From Candidatus Tayloriibacteriota bacterium (lineage in GTDB: Bacteria; Patescibacteriota; Minisyncoccia; Phycocordibacterales; PALSA-1337): 64,000 bases of DNA. The stretch spans positions 18,947 through 82,946 of the forward strand of contig JBAXUB010000001.1 of NCBI GenBank assembly GCA_037129895.1, given 5' to 3'. Every line of letters begins with the position of its first letter. Position 1 is the first letter of the stretch. The position numbers were made by a program, and so were the translations under genes. This document shows, one piece after another, positions 46,698 to 56,749 of this stretch. Below the pieces are notes generated by a model. The model saw only the letters and a list, made by a program, of their open reading frames with translations. It made no database searches and was not told the origin of the DNA.

Positions 46698-46799
46698 GAA
46701 CCAAAAACTGCCAGCTCTCGCTGGTTGTTTTTGTGTAGCTCGGTTTACGTAATATGCTATAATTTTTTATATTTATTAGATTAATTCCAAGCAACTAAC

Positions 46800-47615
46800 A
46801 TGGAAAATGTTCCGCTAAATGATACCGCGCCAATATACGCACCTTCCCCAGAACCTGCAGTTCCGATGTCGAATGGAAAATTCTATAGAAGCAAACTTTT
46901 CATAGGTATTGCAGTAGCTCTCATAGTCATACTCGGTATCGGTATATATCTCATATCACAGGGATCAATAAAGAAACTATTCTCAACCGAAACAAGTGGC
47001 AAGATCCATATAACATTCAAGAAAGACGTAACCGCCGCAACAGCAAACGCAGAATTCCAGACGATTGGCATCCCCGTTTCCGAGTCAATGTTCAAATCAG
47101 ACAGAACTCTAGTCGCTACACCGCACCGTGGCGACGCGAAACTATACGGAAAACAACTAGAGAAAGACCCTCTAGTAAAAAGTGTCGACTATAGCAATAC
47201 CGATGATAACTTGAAGCAATACAAAGAAAAGATCAAGGAGGATACAGCCTACCTATATGTGACATTCAAGCAACCGATGAGCAGCGATGAAGTATTGAAG
47301 TGGGAAAAAGAAAAATTTCCGAAACTAGTTGATGTTAGTTTGAAAGACAAAAGTAATACTATGGGCCAAAATTCCAATGGTCTAGTAACCGTTATCAATA
47401 CAGAAAACGGCCAATTGTCATACGGTGGTACAAATCCGTGGGCAGAAACATTGAGTCAAACTGTTATGGTAGCCAAGGGCAAGGAAAAAGAGATGCTAAA
47501 GAAAATACTAACTTTCTCGACAGTCGAAAAAGCAGAGATTGCAAAGGTAGAAAATACAGACTGCAAGGATGGACCATGTCCTCCAAATAGACCTGGGATG
47601 CCAAACTTACCCTAG
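46800..47615 (+). CDS. membrane-anchored hypothetical protein
   Basis: One TM plus a Lys-rich external domain. Confidence 0.75.
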   Translation: MENVPLNDTAPIYAPSPEPAVPMSNGKFYRSKLFIGIAVALIVILGIGIYLISQGSIKKLFSTETSGKIHITFKKDVTAATANAEFQTIGIPVSESMFKSDRTLVATPHRGDAKLYGKQLEKDPLVKSVDYSNTDDNLKQYKEKIKEDTAYLYVTFKQPMSSDEVLKWEKEKFPKLVDVSLKDKSNTMGQNSNGLVTVINTENGQLSYGGTNPWAETLSQTVMVAKGKEKEMLKKILTFSTVEKAEIAKVENTDCKDGPCPPNRPGMPNLP

Positions 47616-47870
47616 CTTCTTCAATGATGCCATCGCTCGAGATTTGAGTCTTGATGATGTATTGGCCTTGATATACCCAGTCTTTACTGCCTTATCTAGG
47701 GCTTGATATAGAGAAGAAACCAGCTTATTTGCACCTACCTTGTCTTTTGCTAGTACTGTCTTTCGGAATTCCTTTAGCTGATCATCGATCGTAGCTTTGC
47801 GACGGAGATTGAAAACACGCTTCTTCTTTGAGGCGCGTAGTGCTTTCTTTGCTGATGAAGTGATAGCCAT
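47607..47870 (-). CDS. rpsT: 30S ribosomal protein S20
   Basis: SAKKALR, DKA.K.G.IK.N..SR.KSR. Confidence 0.95.
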   Translation of the reverse strand: MAITSSAKKALRASKKKRVFNLRRKATIDDQLKEFRKTVLAKDKVGANKLVSSLYQALDKAVKTGYIKANTSSRLKSRAMASLKKLG

Positions 47871-47995
47871 ATGTGTTGTGCTGCATAACTTAACATGTCC
47901 GAGGAGAAAAGTAAAGCGTGTGCAACCCAACCTTGAACACATATTGATGATCTACTCAAATAGAAATCTGACCTATTCTCTTGTATGATGTAACC

Positions 47996-48580
47996 ATGAT
48001 AGCCAGCTTGAAGGGCACAATCACATACACAGACGCTAAGTACGCCATAGTTGAAACGGGTGGAGTTGGCTACAAGGTGTTTCTAACAGCTGATAATATT
48101 CACAACCTGAAGATCGGCAGTACCTCTTCCCTATGGATACACATGGTAGTTAGAGATGATGCGATGGATCTATATGGATTTGGCTCAAAGAAAGAAAAAG
48201 ATTTCTTCGAATTACTCATATCAGTTTCCAGTATCGGACCAAAGTCCGCCATCAATATTCTCGGACTGGTACACATAGACACTCTAGCGAGCGCCATAAG
48301 GAGTGGCTCAACAACACACCTAGTCAAAGTCTCGGGTATTGGCAGAAAGACTGCAGAAAAGATAGTGATGGAATTGCAAGACAAGCTCGGCGGTATAAGT
48401 AGCGACGGTGGTGCAGAATCAGTCGCGGGCATGTCTAGTGATATGGACGCTATCGAAGCCCTGAAAGCACTTGGTTATGAAGCCGACGAAGCTCGTGAGG
48501 CATTGAAGAAAATAAGCAAGGAGATTGAAGATACTGGCCAGAAAGTAAAAGCGGCACTGAAACTTCTAGGTAGACATTAA
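47996..48580 (+). CDS. ruvA: Holliday junction branch migration protein RuvA
   Basis: GVGY, LYGF, IGPKSA, GIGRKTAEKI. Confidence 0.97.
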   Translation: MIASLKGTITYTDAKYAIVETGGVGYKVFLTADNIHNLKIGSTSSLWIHMVVRDDAMDLYGFGSKKEKDFFELLISVSSIGPKSAINILGLVHIDTLASAIRSGSTTHLVKVSGIGRKTAEKIVMELQDKLGGISSDGGAESVAGMSSDMDAIEALKALGYEADEAREALKKISKEIEDTGQKVKAALKLLGRH

Positions 48581-48604
48581 TCATTATCTATAAATACAAA
48601 CTCC

Positions 48605-49918
48605 ATGATCGACAACATCCTACACAAAATACGCAGCTATATCATTCCGGACAAGGTATTCAACTTCTTTCAGCCGATATACCACTGGAAACTATCACTT
48701 CTCGCGGCTATCTGGTATCGCTTCCCTTCTAGAAAGATAAAGGTGATAGCGGTAACTGGTACAAAAGGTAAAAGTTCAACCGTAGAGATAATAAACGCGA
48801 TATTAGAAGAGGCTGGCTATAAGACCGCCGTATCAAACACTATCAGATTCAAAGTTGGTGATGAGTCTTGGGATAATCTATACAAAATGAGTATGCCTGG
48901 AAGATTCGCAGTTCAGAAACTCATCCGCAAAGCGGTCCGAGCTGGTTGTAACTATATAATTATCGAGATGACTTCTCAGGGAGCATTATTATACAGGCAC
49001 AGATTCATAGAATTGGACGCTCTCGTATTTACCAATATTTCTCCAGAACATATCGAGGCACATGGTTCTTATGAAAATTACCTATTCTCCAAGCTTTCGA
49101 TCGCCCAGAATATGGGCCGTTCCAAGAAGAAAGATCGCGTCATCATAGCGAACGCCGATGATGAGGAAAGTAGTAAATTCCTAGAAGCCCCAGTTGATAG
49201 AAGGATGACTTTCAGTGTGAAAGATGCAGAACCTTATGAAGTTAACAAGGAAGGTTTGAATTTCACATTGGCCGGCAAGCCAGTTCATTCTCATTTATCC
49301 GGTTTATTCAACCTTTACAATATCTTAGCGGCAGTCGCTGCGGCTCACAGCCAAAATGTTTCTGACAATGAGATCGCTCGAGCCTTGGACGGCTTCACTG
49401 GCATCCCAGGAAGAGTGCAGAAAATCGAAGTTGACTCATCAGATTTTCCACAAGAAAGTATCGGCACTACAAAGAAGCAAGATTTTACTGTAATAGTTGA
49501 CTACGCGCATACAGCAGATTCGCTAGAAAAGCTTTATCAGGTTTTCCAATCTTCTAGAAATATCTGCGTACTCGGTGGAACAGGTGGTGGCAGAGACACA
49601 TGGAAACGCAAAGAAATGGGCACAATCGCTGATAAATATTGCGAGGAAATCATTCTCACAGACGAGGACCCTTATGATGAAGACCCAGCGAAAATCGTCG
49701 CCGACGTTGCAGCTGGTATCAGTTCTCAAAAGCCAACCATCATCATGGACCGTCGCGAAGCCATCCGTGAAGCCGTAAAGCGTGCAAAGACTGGAGATGC
49801 TATCCTCATAACAGGTAAAGGCACTGACCCATACATCATGGGTGCCAAAGGTCTGAAAACCCCTTGGTCTGACGCGAAGGTCGCCAAAGAAGAGCTAGTC
49901 AAAGCATTGGTCAAGTAG
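48605..49918 (+). CDS. murE: Mur ligase, MurE-like
   Basis: VTGTKGKSST, EMTS, DYAHT, EDPYDE, GKG. Confidence 0.85.
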   Translation: MIDNILHKIRSYIIPDKVFNFFQPIYHWKLSLLAAIWYRFPSRKIKVIAVTGTKGKSSTVEIINAILEEAGYKTAVSNTIRFKVGDESWDNLYKMSMPGRFAVQKLIRKAVRAGCNYIIIEMTSQGALLYRHRFIELDALVFTNISPEHIEAHGSYENYLFSKLSIAQNMGRSKKKDRVIIANADDEESSKFLEAPVDRRMTFSVKDAEPYEVNKEGLNFTLAGKPVHSHLSGLFNLYNILAAVAAAHSQNVSDNEIARALDGFTGIPGRVQKIEVDSSDFPQESIGTTKKQDFTVIVDYAHTADSLEKLYQVFQSSRNICVLGGTGGGRDTWKRKEMGTIADKYCEEIILTDEDPYDEDPAKIVADVAAGISSQKPTIIMDRREAIREAVKRAKTGDAILITGKGTDPYIMGAKGLKTPWSDAKVAKEELVKALVK

Positions 49919-49972
49919 AATTTTGATTGAATAGAGTGACAGATATACTCCTCCCCCATTTTCCTCCCTACA

Positions 49973-51244
49973 TCAAATTACTAAACTAATTCCAAACTTG
50001 GAATTAAGTACGCTACGCGTCTTCGGCCCCACTATTCCCTTTTCGCCGGTAATGTCATATTTATTTTGAAATTCTTCCAATGCTTTCATCGTACACGGAC
50101 CAAACGATCCAGTACGCGGGCAATCATTCATTTTCTTATCTTTTGGTGGATATACACCATCAACAACAAACGCTGTCTGTAAAGCGTATATTTCGGAAGA
50201 AGAACCTGTAGTCATGGACGATGTATCTCTCCATTCGTATGGCAATAGCAACGTATCATATGATAGAGACTTGCTAACAACCATGTTCTTGTCGAAAAAA
50301 TCTTGCAGTCCTAAATATGTTTGGAAAGCCAAGTCCACTATCGAAGCCTTGCGCAGATCGTCCTTTACGAATTGCGGTTCATATATATAACCATATTCAA
50401 TGAGCATGCTAGCGGCATCAGAAGTATTATAAGCCCCGATAGCGATGAGATCTGGTTCTTCGACAATACCAGTCGATTCTCCGGGGAGATCACTCACTGG
50501 ATTGAATCTAGACAACCTCTTGAAGACGCTTTCTGCAACAGCGAGAGTTGTCGTACTATTGTAATATTGTTTTTCTGGCACATAGATAGCGATACCTGAA
50601 TATTTTCCAGGAGTATTAGGACCGTGTCCAGGATTATCATTGAAATGAATGTGAATGATGATATCTACATCGTTTTCATTGGCCCACTTGGTCATACCGA
50701 AAAGTCTGTAAGCCACATCCGTCGGTGCTTTGTTATGAATGACAGTCGGCACCACCGGCTTGATCGAACCGACCGATATTAGTTGCGTCATTTCTTCGTG
50801 GTGAGCTTTTGTCCACGTAACTATATCCTGCCAGCCGGTCGCGAAATATGTATCGAAAACTGGATTCCATGATTTTTCACTCCTAGTTACAAATACTTGG
50901 AAATGTTCATTGCTCTGTAATAGTTTCTGCAAATTGTTGGCGAGCTGGATATTCAGATCCCGCTCCTTGAGACTACCGAATTCTGCGCCACCATAGTTGG
51001 CTTCGTGACCAGGCACGATCAATATACTAACTTTCCTCGATGGTGTACTCGTATTCGAAGCTAGATATTTGGATTTTATCTGCTCTACCGTCTTTGGGTT
51101 ATGAGATAGTATAACTAAAGCAACCTGATCGCTGGTATCAGAGACACTGATCAAGAAATTGCGGAATTGATCCGGATAAGTCAGAGCGTACCACGGTGCA
51201 CCGAGGCCAAATACTGCTAGAAAAACAGCTAGATAATAACGCAT
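49973..51244 (-). CDS. N-acetylmuramoyl-L-alanine amidase with C-terminal PG-binding domain
   Basis: PGH, E..LN, IHFN, LIEYGY; FQ...G.VGP.T. Confidence 0.85.
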   Translation of the reverse strand: MRYYLAVFLAVFGLGAPWYALTYPDQFRNFLISVSDTSDQVALVILSHNPKTVEQIKSKYLASNTSTPSRKVSILIVPGHEANYGGAEFGSLKERDLNIQLANNLQKLLQSNEHFQVFVTRSEKSWNPVFDTYFATGWQDIVTWTKAHHEEMTQLISVGSIKPVVPTVIHNKAPTDVAYRLFGMTKWANENDVDIIIHIHFNDNPGHGPNTPGKYSGIAIYVPEKQYYNSTTTLAVAESVFKRLSRFNPVSDLPGESTGIVEEPDLIAIGAYNTSDAASMLIEYGYIYEPQFVKDDLRKASIVDLAFQTYLGLQDFFDKNMVVSKSLSYDTLLLPYEWRDTSSMTTGSSSEIYALQTAFVVDGVYPPKDKKMNDCPRTGSFGPCTMKALEEFQNKYDITGEKGIVGPKTRSVLNSKFGISLVI

Positions 51245-51313
51245 GAGTTTATTATAGCATTTGATTAATGTATTTTGTTTAGTTATTGTGAATTAATTGC
51301 AGATCCAAACAAT

Positions 51314-52252
51314 ATGCCAGAACTTCCAGAGGTACAAACAACGGTAAACGGGCTCAGAGATCACATCGTAGGGCTCACGGTGAAAGATGCATGGTCCAAT
51401 TATGATAGTCCATATTACAAAGGATCAGAAACCATCAAGGATCCCCTATTTTTCAAGTACTTCAGATCTACTGTACACGGAAAGAAGGTGATCTCTGTCG
51501 AGAGGCGCGCCAAAAATATACTCATCAACGTGACTGGCGGCAAAACCATACTCGTTCATATGAAAATGACTGGCCATTTATTATATGGACTTTACAAATT
51601 CAACAAAAGCGAGACTGCGGAAATAAAGAGGGACCCGTGGGAACCGATAAGTCCCAGTGGTTTGAAAGATCCATATAATAGACGTGTTAGGTTCGTGATC
51701 ACATTCACCAATGGTAAACACATGGCCCTTTCAGACACACGCAGGTTCGCGAAGGTTACCCTAGTCGATACAAGAACTGTCCATGAATCAGAACACTTGA
51801 TCGGTGTTGGTCCTGAACCACTGGATGATGCATTCACATTTTTCAAATTTAATGAGAGGATCGATCTACGGCCGACTGGGAAAATAAAGCTCGTTCTATT
51901 GGACCAAAACATCATTGCGGGTATTGGAAACATATACGCAGACGAATCTCTGTGGCGTGCTGGCATTCACCCACTTAGAACAGTTAATTCTCTAACTTCC
52001 ACTGAGAGAAAACTAGTATTCAGAGCGATCAAGCACACACTATCGCATGGAATAGATTTTGGTGGTGATTCGATGTCAGACTATCGCAATGTCATGGGCG
52101 AAAGAGGAAAATTCCAGGACGAACACATGGCCTATCAGAGAACTGGAGAAAAGTGCGGGAAACCTCGCTGTAGTGGCACGATAATACGTATCGTCGTCGG
52201 TGGTAGAGGAACACATCTCTGTGATACACATCAGATCAACCCAGCTTCTTGA
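51314..52252 (+). CDS. mutM: formamidopyrimidine-DNA glycosylase
   Basis: MPELPEV, GIGNIYADE, zinc finger. Confidence 0.96.
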   Translation: MPELPEVQTTVNGLRDHIVGLTVKDAWSNYDSPYYKGSETIKDPLFFKYFRSTVHGKKVISVERRAKNILINVTGGKTILVHMKMTGHLLYGLYKFNKSETAEIKRDPWEPISPSGLKDPYNRRVRFVITFTNGKHMALSDTRRFAKVTLVDTRTVHESEHLIGVGPEPLDDAFTFFKFNERIDLRPTGKIKLVLLDQNIIAGIGNIYADESLWRAGIHPLRTVNSLTSTERKLVFRAIKHTLSHGIDFGGDSMSDYRNVMGERGKFQDEHMAYQRTGEKCGKPRCSGTIIRIVVGGRGTHLCDTHQINPAS

Positions 52253-52276
52253 GGAATGATGACCGTGTCGGCCATA

Positions 52277-52747
52277 CTATCTATTGAATAGAACGATCCC
52301 GGCAGTTACGGAGACATTCAAGGACTCCTTCTTCCCTTTCATGGGGATTTCGATAACAGTATCCGCCAATTTAATGAGGAATTCAGATACACCCTCGACT
52401 TCATTACCCAGAATGTACACAACTTTTTGACCTCGCTCGAACTCAGAAATGTCCCTCGAGTTGGCAGTCTGTTCGACAACAACAACTTCGAAACCGTCTT
52501 TATGCAATTGCTTGATACATTCTATGACATCGGATTTGGTAGCTAGATGTTCCCAAGCAACCAGATCTTCAGATCCCAACCCAACTTTTGCTAAATCCTT
52601 CCTCTTGCGTCCAAAACGGTCTATCGGCACAGGGGTTGTCTCCGTGCAATAGATTCTAGATACTCCCGCACATTCAGCTGTACGAAAAATAGAGCCTACA
52701 TTATGTACACTTCGAATATTGTCCAGTAATATGCGCGTTTCTTTCAT
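52277..52747 (-). CDS. TrmH/SpoU family RNA methyltransferase
   Basis: NVGSIFRT, GNEVEG, SLNVSV. Confidence 0.93.
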   Translation of the reverse strand: MKETRILLDNIRSVHNVGSIFRTAECAGVSRIYCTETTPVPIDRFGRKRKDLAKVGLGSEDLVAWEHLATKSDVIECIKQLHKDGFEVVVVEQTANSRDISEFERGQKVVYILGNEVEGVSEFLIKLADTVIEIPMKGKKESLNVSVTAGIVLFNR

Positions 52748-52786
52748 GATATAATGAGTACATTATCATACTAATCATATAATTCT

Positions 52787-53149
52787 ATGCTTACTGTTTT
52801 TCCAAATCTATTATCATATAACCAATTGTCCCCTTTCCTCATACGCGTAACCCTCGGTATTATCATGGTTTATTGGTCATATATATCGATACGTGAGCAA
52901 AACAAGCATGCCGGTAAACTCTCTGTCGGTATCGTTGAGGGCATCTCCGGAATTCTACTCATCATCGGCCTATGGACTCAAGTCGCTGCCTTGGTTATAT
53001 TCGTTGACCTCGCTATTCGAACTGTTCAGAAAATCATGAAGAAATCATTTCTAACGGATGGAGTCAATTACTACTTCATACTCCTCATCATGGCGGCGTC
53101 TCTCGTTTTCATGAGTGCTGGATTACTAGCTTTCGATCTACCTTTATAA
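52787..53149 (+). CDS. DoxX-like membrane protein
   Basis: R...G, E...G.LL.IGL.TQ.AA. Confidence 0.7.
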   Translation: MLTVFPNLLSYNQLSPFLIRVTLGIIMVYWSYISIREQNKHAGKLSVGIVEGISGILLIIGLWTQVAALVIFVDLAIRTVQKIMKKSFLTDGVNYYFILLIMAASLVFMSAGLLAFDLPL

Positions 53150-53166
53150 ATATAATATAAACTACT

Positions 53167-53484
53167 ATGGATATGCACCAAGGGGCTTCTGCCGACGCGT
53201 TAAAAAAACTAGAAACAGAGATGCTTATCGAAAACAAATCGATACAAAGCAAAGATGCAGACTTGAAAAAGAAAATGGCCGAGATAGAAACCAAAAAGAC
53301 AGAATTAAAAAACGAGACCGCCAAGATAGAAACCAAGAAGACCGAACTTACTAGACTTGAAAATGACGCAAAATTGCTTCAGATGGATCTAGACAGGATA
53401 AAACATCAGCGATCTGAAAATGAACAAAAGATAAGACAGGTATCATTGGATCTACAGAAATTAATAAAGGGTGAACACAAATAA
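53167..53484 (+). CDS. coiled-coil hypothetical protein
   Basis: Heptad pattern; internal repeat IETKKTEL twice. Confidence 0.7.
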   Translation: MDMHQGASADALKKLETEMLIENKSIQSKDADLKKKMAEIETKKTELKNETAKIETKKTELTRLENDAKLLQMDLDRIKHQRSENEQKIRQVSLDLQKLIKGEHK

Positions 53485-53538
53485 TTAGTACCAACCGCAA
53501 AACAATATTTAATCTATTAAAAACATAATTTTATATAT

Positions 53539-55785
53539 ATGATATATTTCATTGTTATCGTCTTTATCATCTACACACTGTATCGACTAAACACTATAGA
53601 CAAGAATATATCTGATATAAAAAATGCCTCTAGTACGATCAAACCATCTATCAGTAACGCCCATGTAAATGCTACTCTAGATAATATCGAAACACCAATA
53701 AAGAACACCCCGGAAATTGTAACGAAACAAACGTCAGACTCGACACCTCTAGTTTCTCGACCAACAGAAAAACTAGCAACGGAAAACCGCACAGCTTCGA
53801 TTCCAACTAACAAACAAAGTAATTCTGACACAGAATTCAAACTTGGCGGCAAGGTATTCACTGGTGTAGGTGTAGTTGCTGTTCTATTGGGTGTTGGATT
53901 CTTCCTGCGCTACGCATTCGAAAATAACCTTATTTCACAAGGCGCTAGAGTATTTATCGGTTGCATATTCGGAGCTATCCTGATCGGAATAGGCCACTAC
54001 CTACGCAAAAAATATGCATCTTACGGAACATCTCTCATTGGTGCTGGTCTCGGTATGTTTTATCTATCGATATACGCGGCATATAGTTTCTACCAATTGA
54101 TCGACCCATTTCTAGCGTTTGTATGTCTCACAATGATAACTGCAGCAAGTGTATGCCTGGCACTTTGGTATGATTCAAAACCACTTATCGGATTCTCCTT
54201 TGCTGGTGCCTTCATCATGCCGTTCCTCTTACCATTTTCAGAAAACATGAACACTCTCTTCGTCTATATCATAGTCGTGAACGCTGGCGCACTATTCATT
54301 GCACGTTATAAGGTCTGGCCGGTACTAACGATCGGCAGTCTCATTGGCACCTCTCTTATATATGTAAAATGGTTATCTGGTCCTTATACTGACGACCTCT
54401 TCACGCCTACTATTGTCTACTGTACCATCATTTTCCTCTCTTACTTTACGACCAGTCTACTCAATTTTATTTACAGAGACAGAAACTACCAAGGGGTCGA
54501 CGCTTTCTTGCTCTACGCAACACCGATCGCCTATTTTCTATTGAATCTCCAGATTATGAAGACACAAGACAGCATCGCCCTTCTCGCCTTCGTTATTGGC
54601 ATGTTCAATTTCATCATGTTTTGTATCATCAGGTTTGGATTCAGTCACATCGGTGATCTCAAAAAATTCTCCGAGGGTATCTTGTTTATGGCAACAATAT
54701 TTATTGCAGGAGCTGTCGGTCTACACTTTGAAGGATCTACGCTCACGATCATGTGGACATTGCAGGCTGCTGCGATGACATATATTGGATATATACTGAG
54801 AAGCAAGATCAACTCACTATTGGGTGTTGGTATGTCGGTACTTGTTGGTCTCAAAATTCTATTTGTCGGAGTAACTTTACCAGATGGTGCTGTTGCAATA
54901 TTCAATGGTCGCGGAATCACCCTTCTATTGGTAACTATTATGTATATAGCGATCTGGGCTATATTTCATTACGAGATGCTAAAATCTGAAAACGACTCGT
55001 ATATCAATAAGGACGAAGGTACGGCATCAAAAAACATTGCGATCGTCGGTACCTTAGGTACGATCTTGCTGTGGATCAATCTAGAGGCTTACGGTTTTAT
55101 CACGGACTACCTATCATATATGCCATTATTGTGGATACTATTCGGAATAGTGGTCATATCTGTTTCATTCTTTATAAGGGAGAAACTACCGCGTTTCTTG
55201 GCCTATCCTGTTATCATAACAGCTTTCATAGTGATGATATTCGATCAGTGGCACATCGACCCGGTCAATTATCCACTATTCTTCAATACTAGACTTTTAA
55301 CCGCTGTCGTACTGGCTATTGTTTGTGGCGTTATAGTCAAACTAATGAAAATATATTCTTCGCAATTGGCAGAAGGAGAAAAAGGTATTCGTCTCACATT
55401 CCTTCTTCTAGGCAATCTCGCAGTTATCTGGGCTGGAACATTAGAGATACTGACTTACTTCAACCAGCAACTGATTGTATTACCAGATCAAACAAGTGTG
55501 ATTATAGAGAATACGAAGCGTGTTACCCTATCCATCTTCTGGTTACTATATGCGCTCGCTGGGCTCGGTATAGGAATATTCATGAGGTCAGTATTCGCTA
55601 GATATTTCTCAATCTGCCTATTTGGTATCACTATATTCAAAATATTCCTTTACGACACCGCAAATTTGAGTGACGTATACCGCTTCGTCTCATTCATCGT
55701 CTTAGGTATAATCCTTCTCATTGTCGGATTCTCATACTACAGATTCAAGGACCGAATAGAACAATTCGTTAACGCGTCAGAATAA
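53539..55785 (+). CDS. DUF2339 family multi-pass membrane protein
   Basis: E.KLGG...G..FFLRYA, K.FLYD..L....R..SF. Confidence 0.85.
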   Translation: MIYFIVIVFIIYTLYRLNTIDKNISDIKNASSTIKPSISNAHVNATLDNIETPIKNTPEIVTKQTSDSTPLVSRPTEKLATENRTASIPTNKQSNSDTEFKLGGKVFTGVGVVAVLLGVGFFLRYAFENNLISQGARVFIGCIFGAILIGIGHYLRKKYASYGTSLIGAGLGMFYLSIYAAYSFYQLIDPFLAFVCLTMITAASVCLALWYDSKPLIGFSFAGAFIMPFLLPFSENMNTLFVYIIVVNAGALFIARYKVWPVLTIGSLIGTSLIYVKWLSGPYTDDLFTPTIVYCTIIFLSYFTTSLLNFIYRDRNYQGVDAFLLYATPIAYFLLNLQIMKTQDSIALLAFVIGMFNFIMFCIIRFGFSHIGDLKKFSEGILFMATIFIAGAVGLHFEGSTLTIMWTLQAAAMTYIGYILRSKINSLLGVGMSVLVGLKILFVGVTLPDGAVAIFNGRGITLLLVTIMYIAIWAIFHYEMLKSENDSYINKDEGTASKNIAIVGTLGTILLWINLEAYGFITDYLSYMPLLWILFGIVVISVSFFIREKLPRFLAYPVIITAFIVMIFDQWHIDPVNYPLFFNTRLLTAVVLAIVCGVIVKLMKIYSSQLAEGEKGIRLTFLLLGNLAVIWAGTLEILTYFNQQLIVLPDQTSVIIENTKRVTLSIFWLLYALAGLGIGIFMRSVFARYFSICLFGITIFKIFLYDTANLSDVYRFVSFIVLGIILLIVGFSYYRFKDRIEQFVNASE

Positions 55786-55975
55786 TTAAGTCATTGATGA
55801 AAAGACTCATAAAGAACTCGAGGAAAGGATTGTGAAGCTCTGCCAAGGGAAGTAGATATGTCAGAAGCGGCATTTCTGCCGCTCCGAGGCCGAAGCCGTT
55901 TGTACCTATAAACTACCATAATGGCTAAAAATTACAAGTTTTTGAAACTATTTTTAATTGATTGAAAATCATCTG

Positions 55976-56048
55976 TGCGCCCAGTTGGATTCGAACCAAC
56001 GACCCACTCCTTAAAAGGGAGTTGCTCTACCACCTGAGCTATGGGCGC
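55976..56048 (-). tRNA. tRNA-Lys(TTT)
   Basis: Cloverleaf, loop CTTTTAA. Confidence 0.95.
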
Positions 56049-56070
56049 GTGCTGAAACCTTAACACGAAA

Positions 56071-56748
56071 TTACAACTGTAGCAAAAGTTTCTCTGTCCC
56101 CAGTTCCATATCGATCAATCCCCTATGTCCATCATGGTATAGGCGAACTATACTAGTCAACAACTTCTCTAGTTCAACTTTCGAATACTTGGTCGACCCT
56201 TTGCCACCACTAGAGACGATCATTGTCTTCACCTTCCAGAACAACGTACCCAATATACTCTCTGATCCGATACCACAATCCACCGCCTGCCTATAAATTG
56301 TCCAAGAACTAGCTCTATTACGACTAGCGACAGCGTCCCCTAGTGCAAATACATTGAAATCCGAGCCGCCCCCGAACACTTTACCCGCAGCGACTAGATC
56401 CGTTACAACGACTTTCTCCGCACCTTCATCAAATGCTTTTTTCAGACTAGTGAGCAGTTTTCCTTCGAGAACGACAAAGATATTACTAGACTCATTCATA
56501 GGAGAAACCATGTCCCCGATCTGCTCTTTCGCATCTGCATTCTCAGTAACTCTGTCTAGAAAAACTATATACTTATTGGAAAACAAACCTTGCCCACCGA
56601 GATGCTCCTCGATAATAGAAGTATTCCAACCGTCGGCATTGATGGGCACATATGACGCATCCGGCTTCCTGGCACGCAGAGATTCTACGAGCTTGTGCGC
56701 CTTGTCTCTGGATCTACCTATATCTGTTCCATGATAAACGTAAAGCAT
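56071..56748 (-). CDS. DNA polymerase III delta subunit-like (HolA, reduced)
   Basis: LY.Y.G.D, GLF..K.IV, F.L.DA, E..LL; coupled to polA. Confidence 0.65.
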   Translation of the reverse strand: MLYVYHGTDIGRSRDKAHKLVESLRARKPDASYVPINADGWNTSIIEEHLGGQGLFSNKYIVFLDRVTENADAKEQIGDMVSPMNESSNIFVVLEGKLLTSLKKAFDEGAEKVVVTDLVAAGKVFGGGSDFNVFALGDAVASRNRASSWTIYRQAVDCGIGSESILGTLFWKVKTMIVSSGGKGSTKYSKVELEKLLTSIVRLYHDGHRGLIDMELGTEKLLLQL

Positions 56749-56749
56749 G

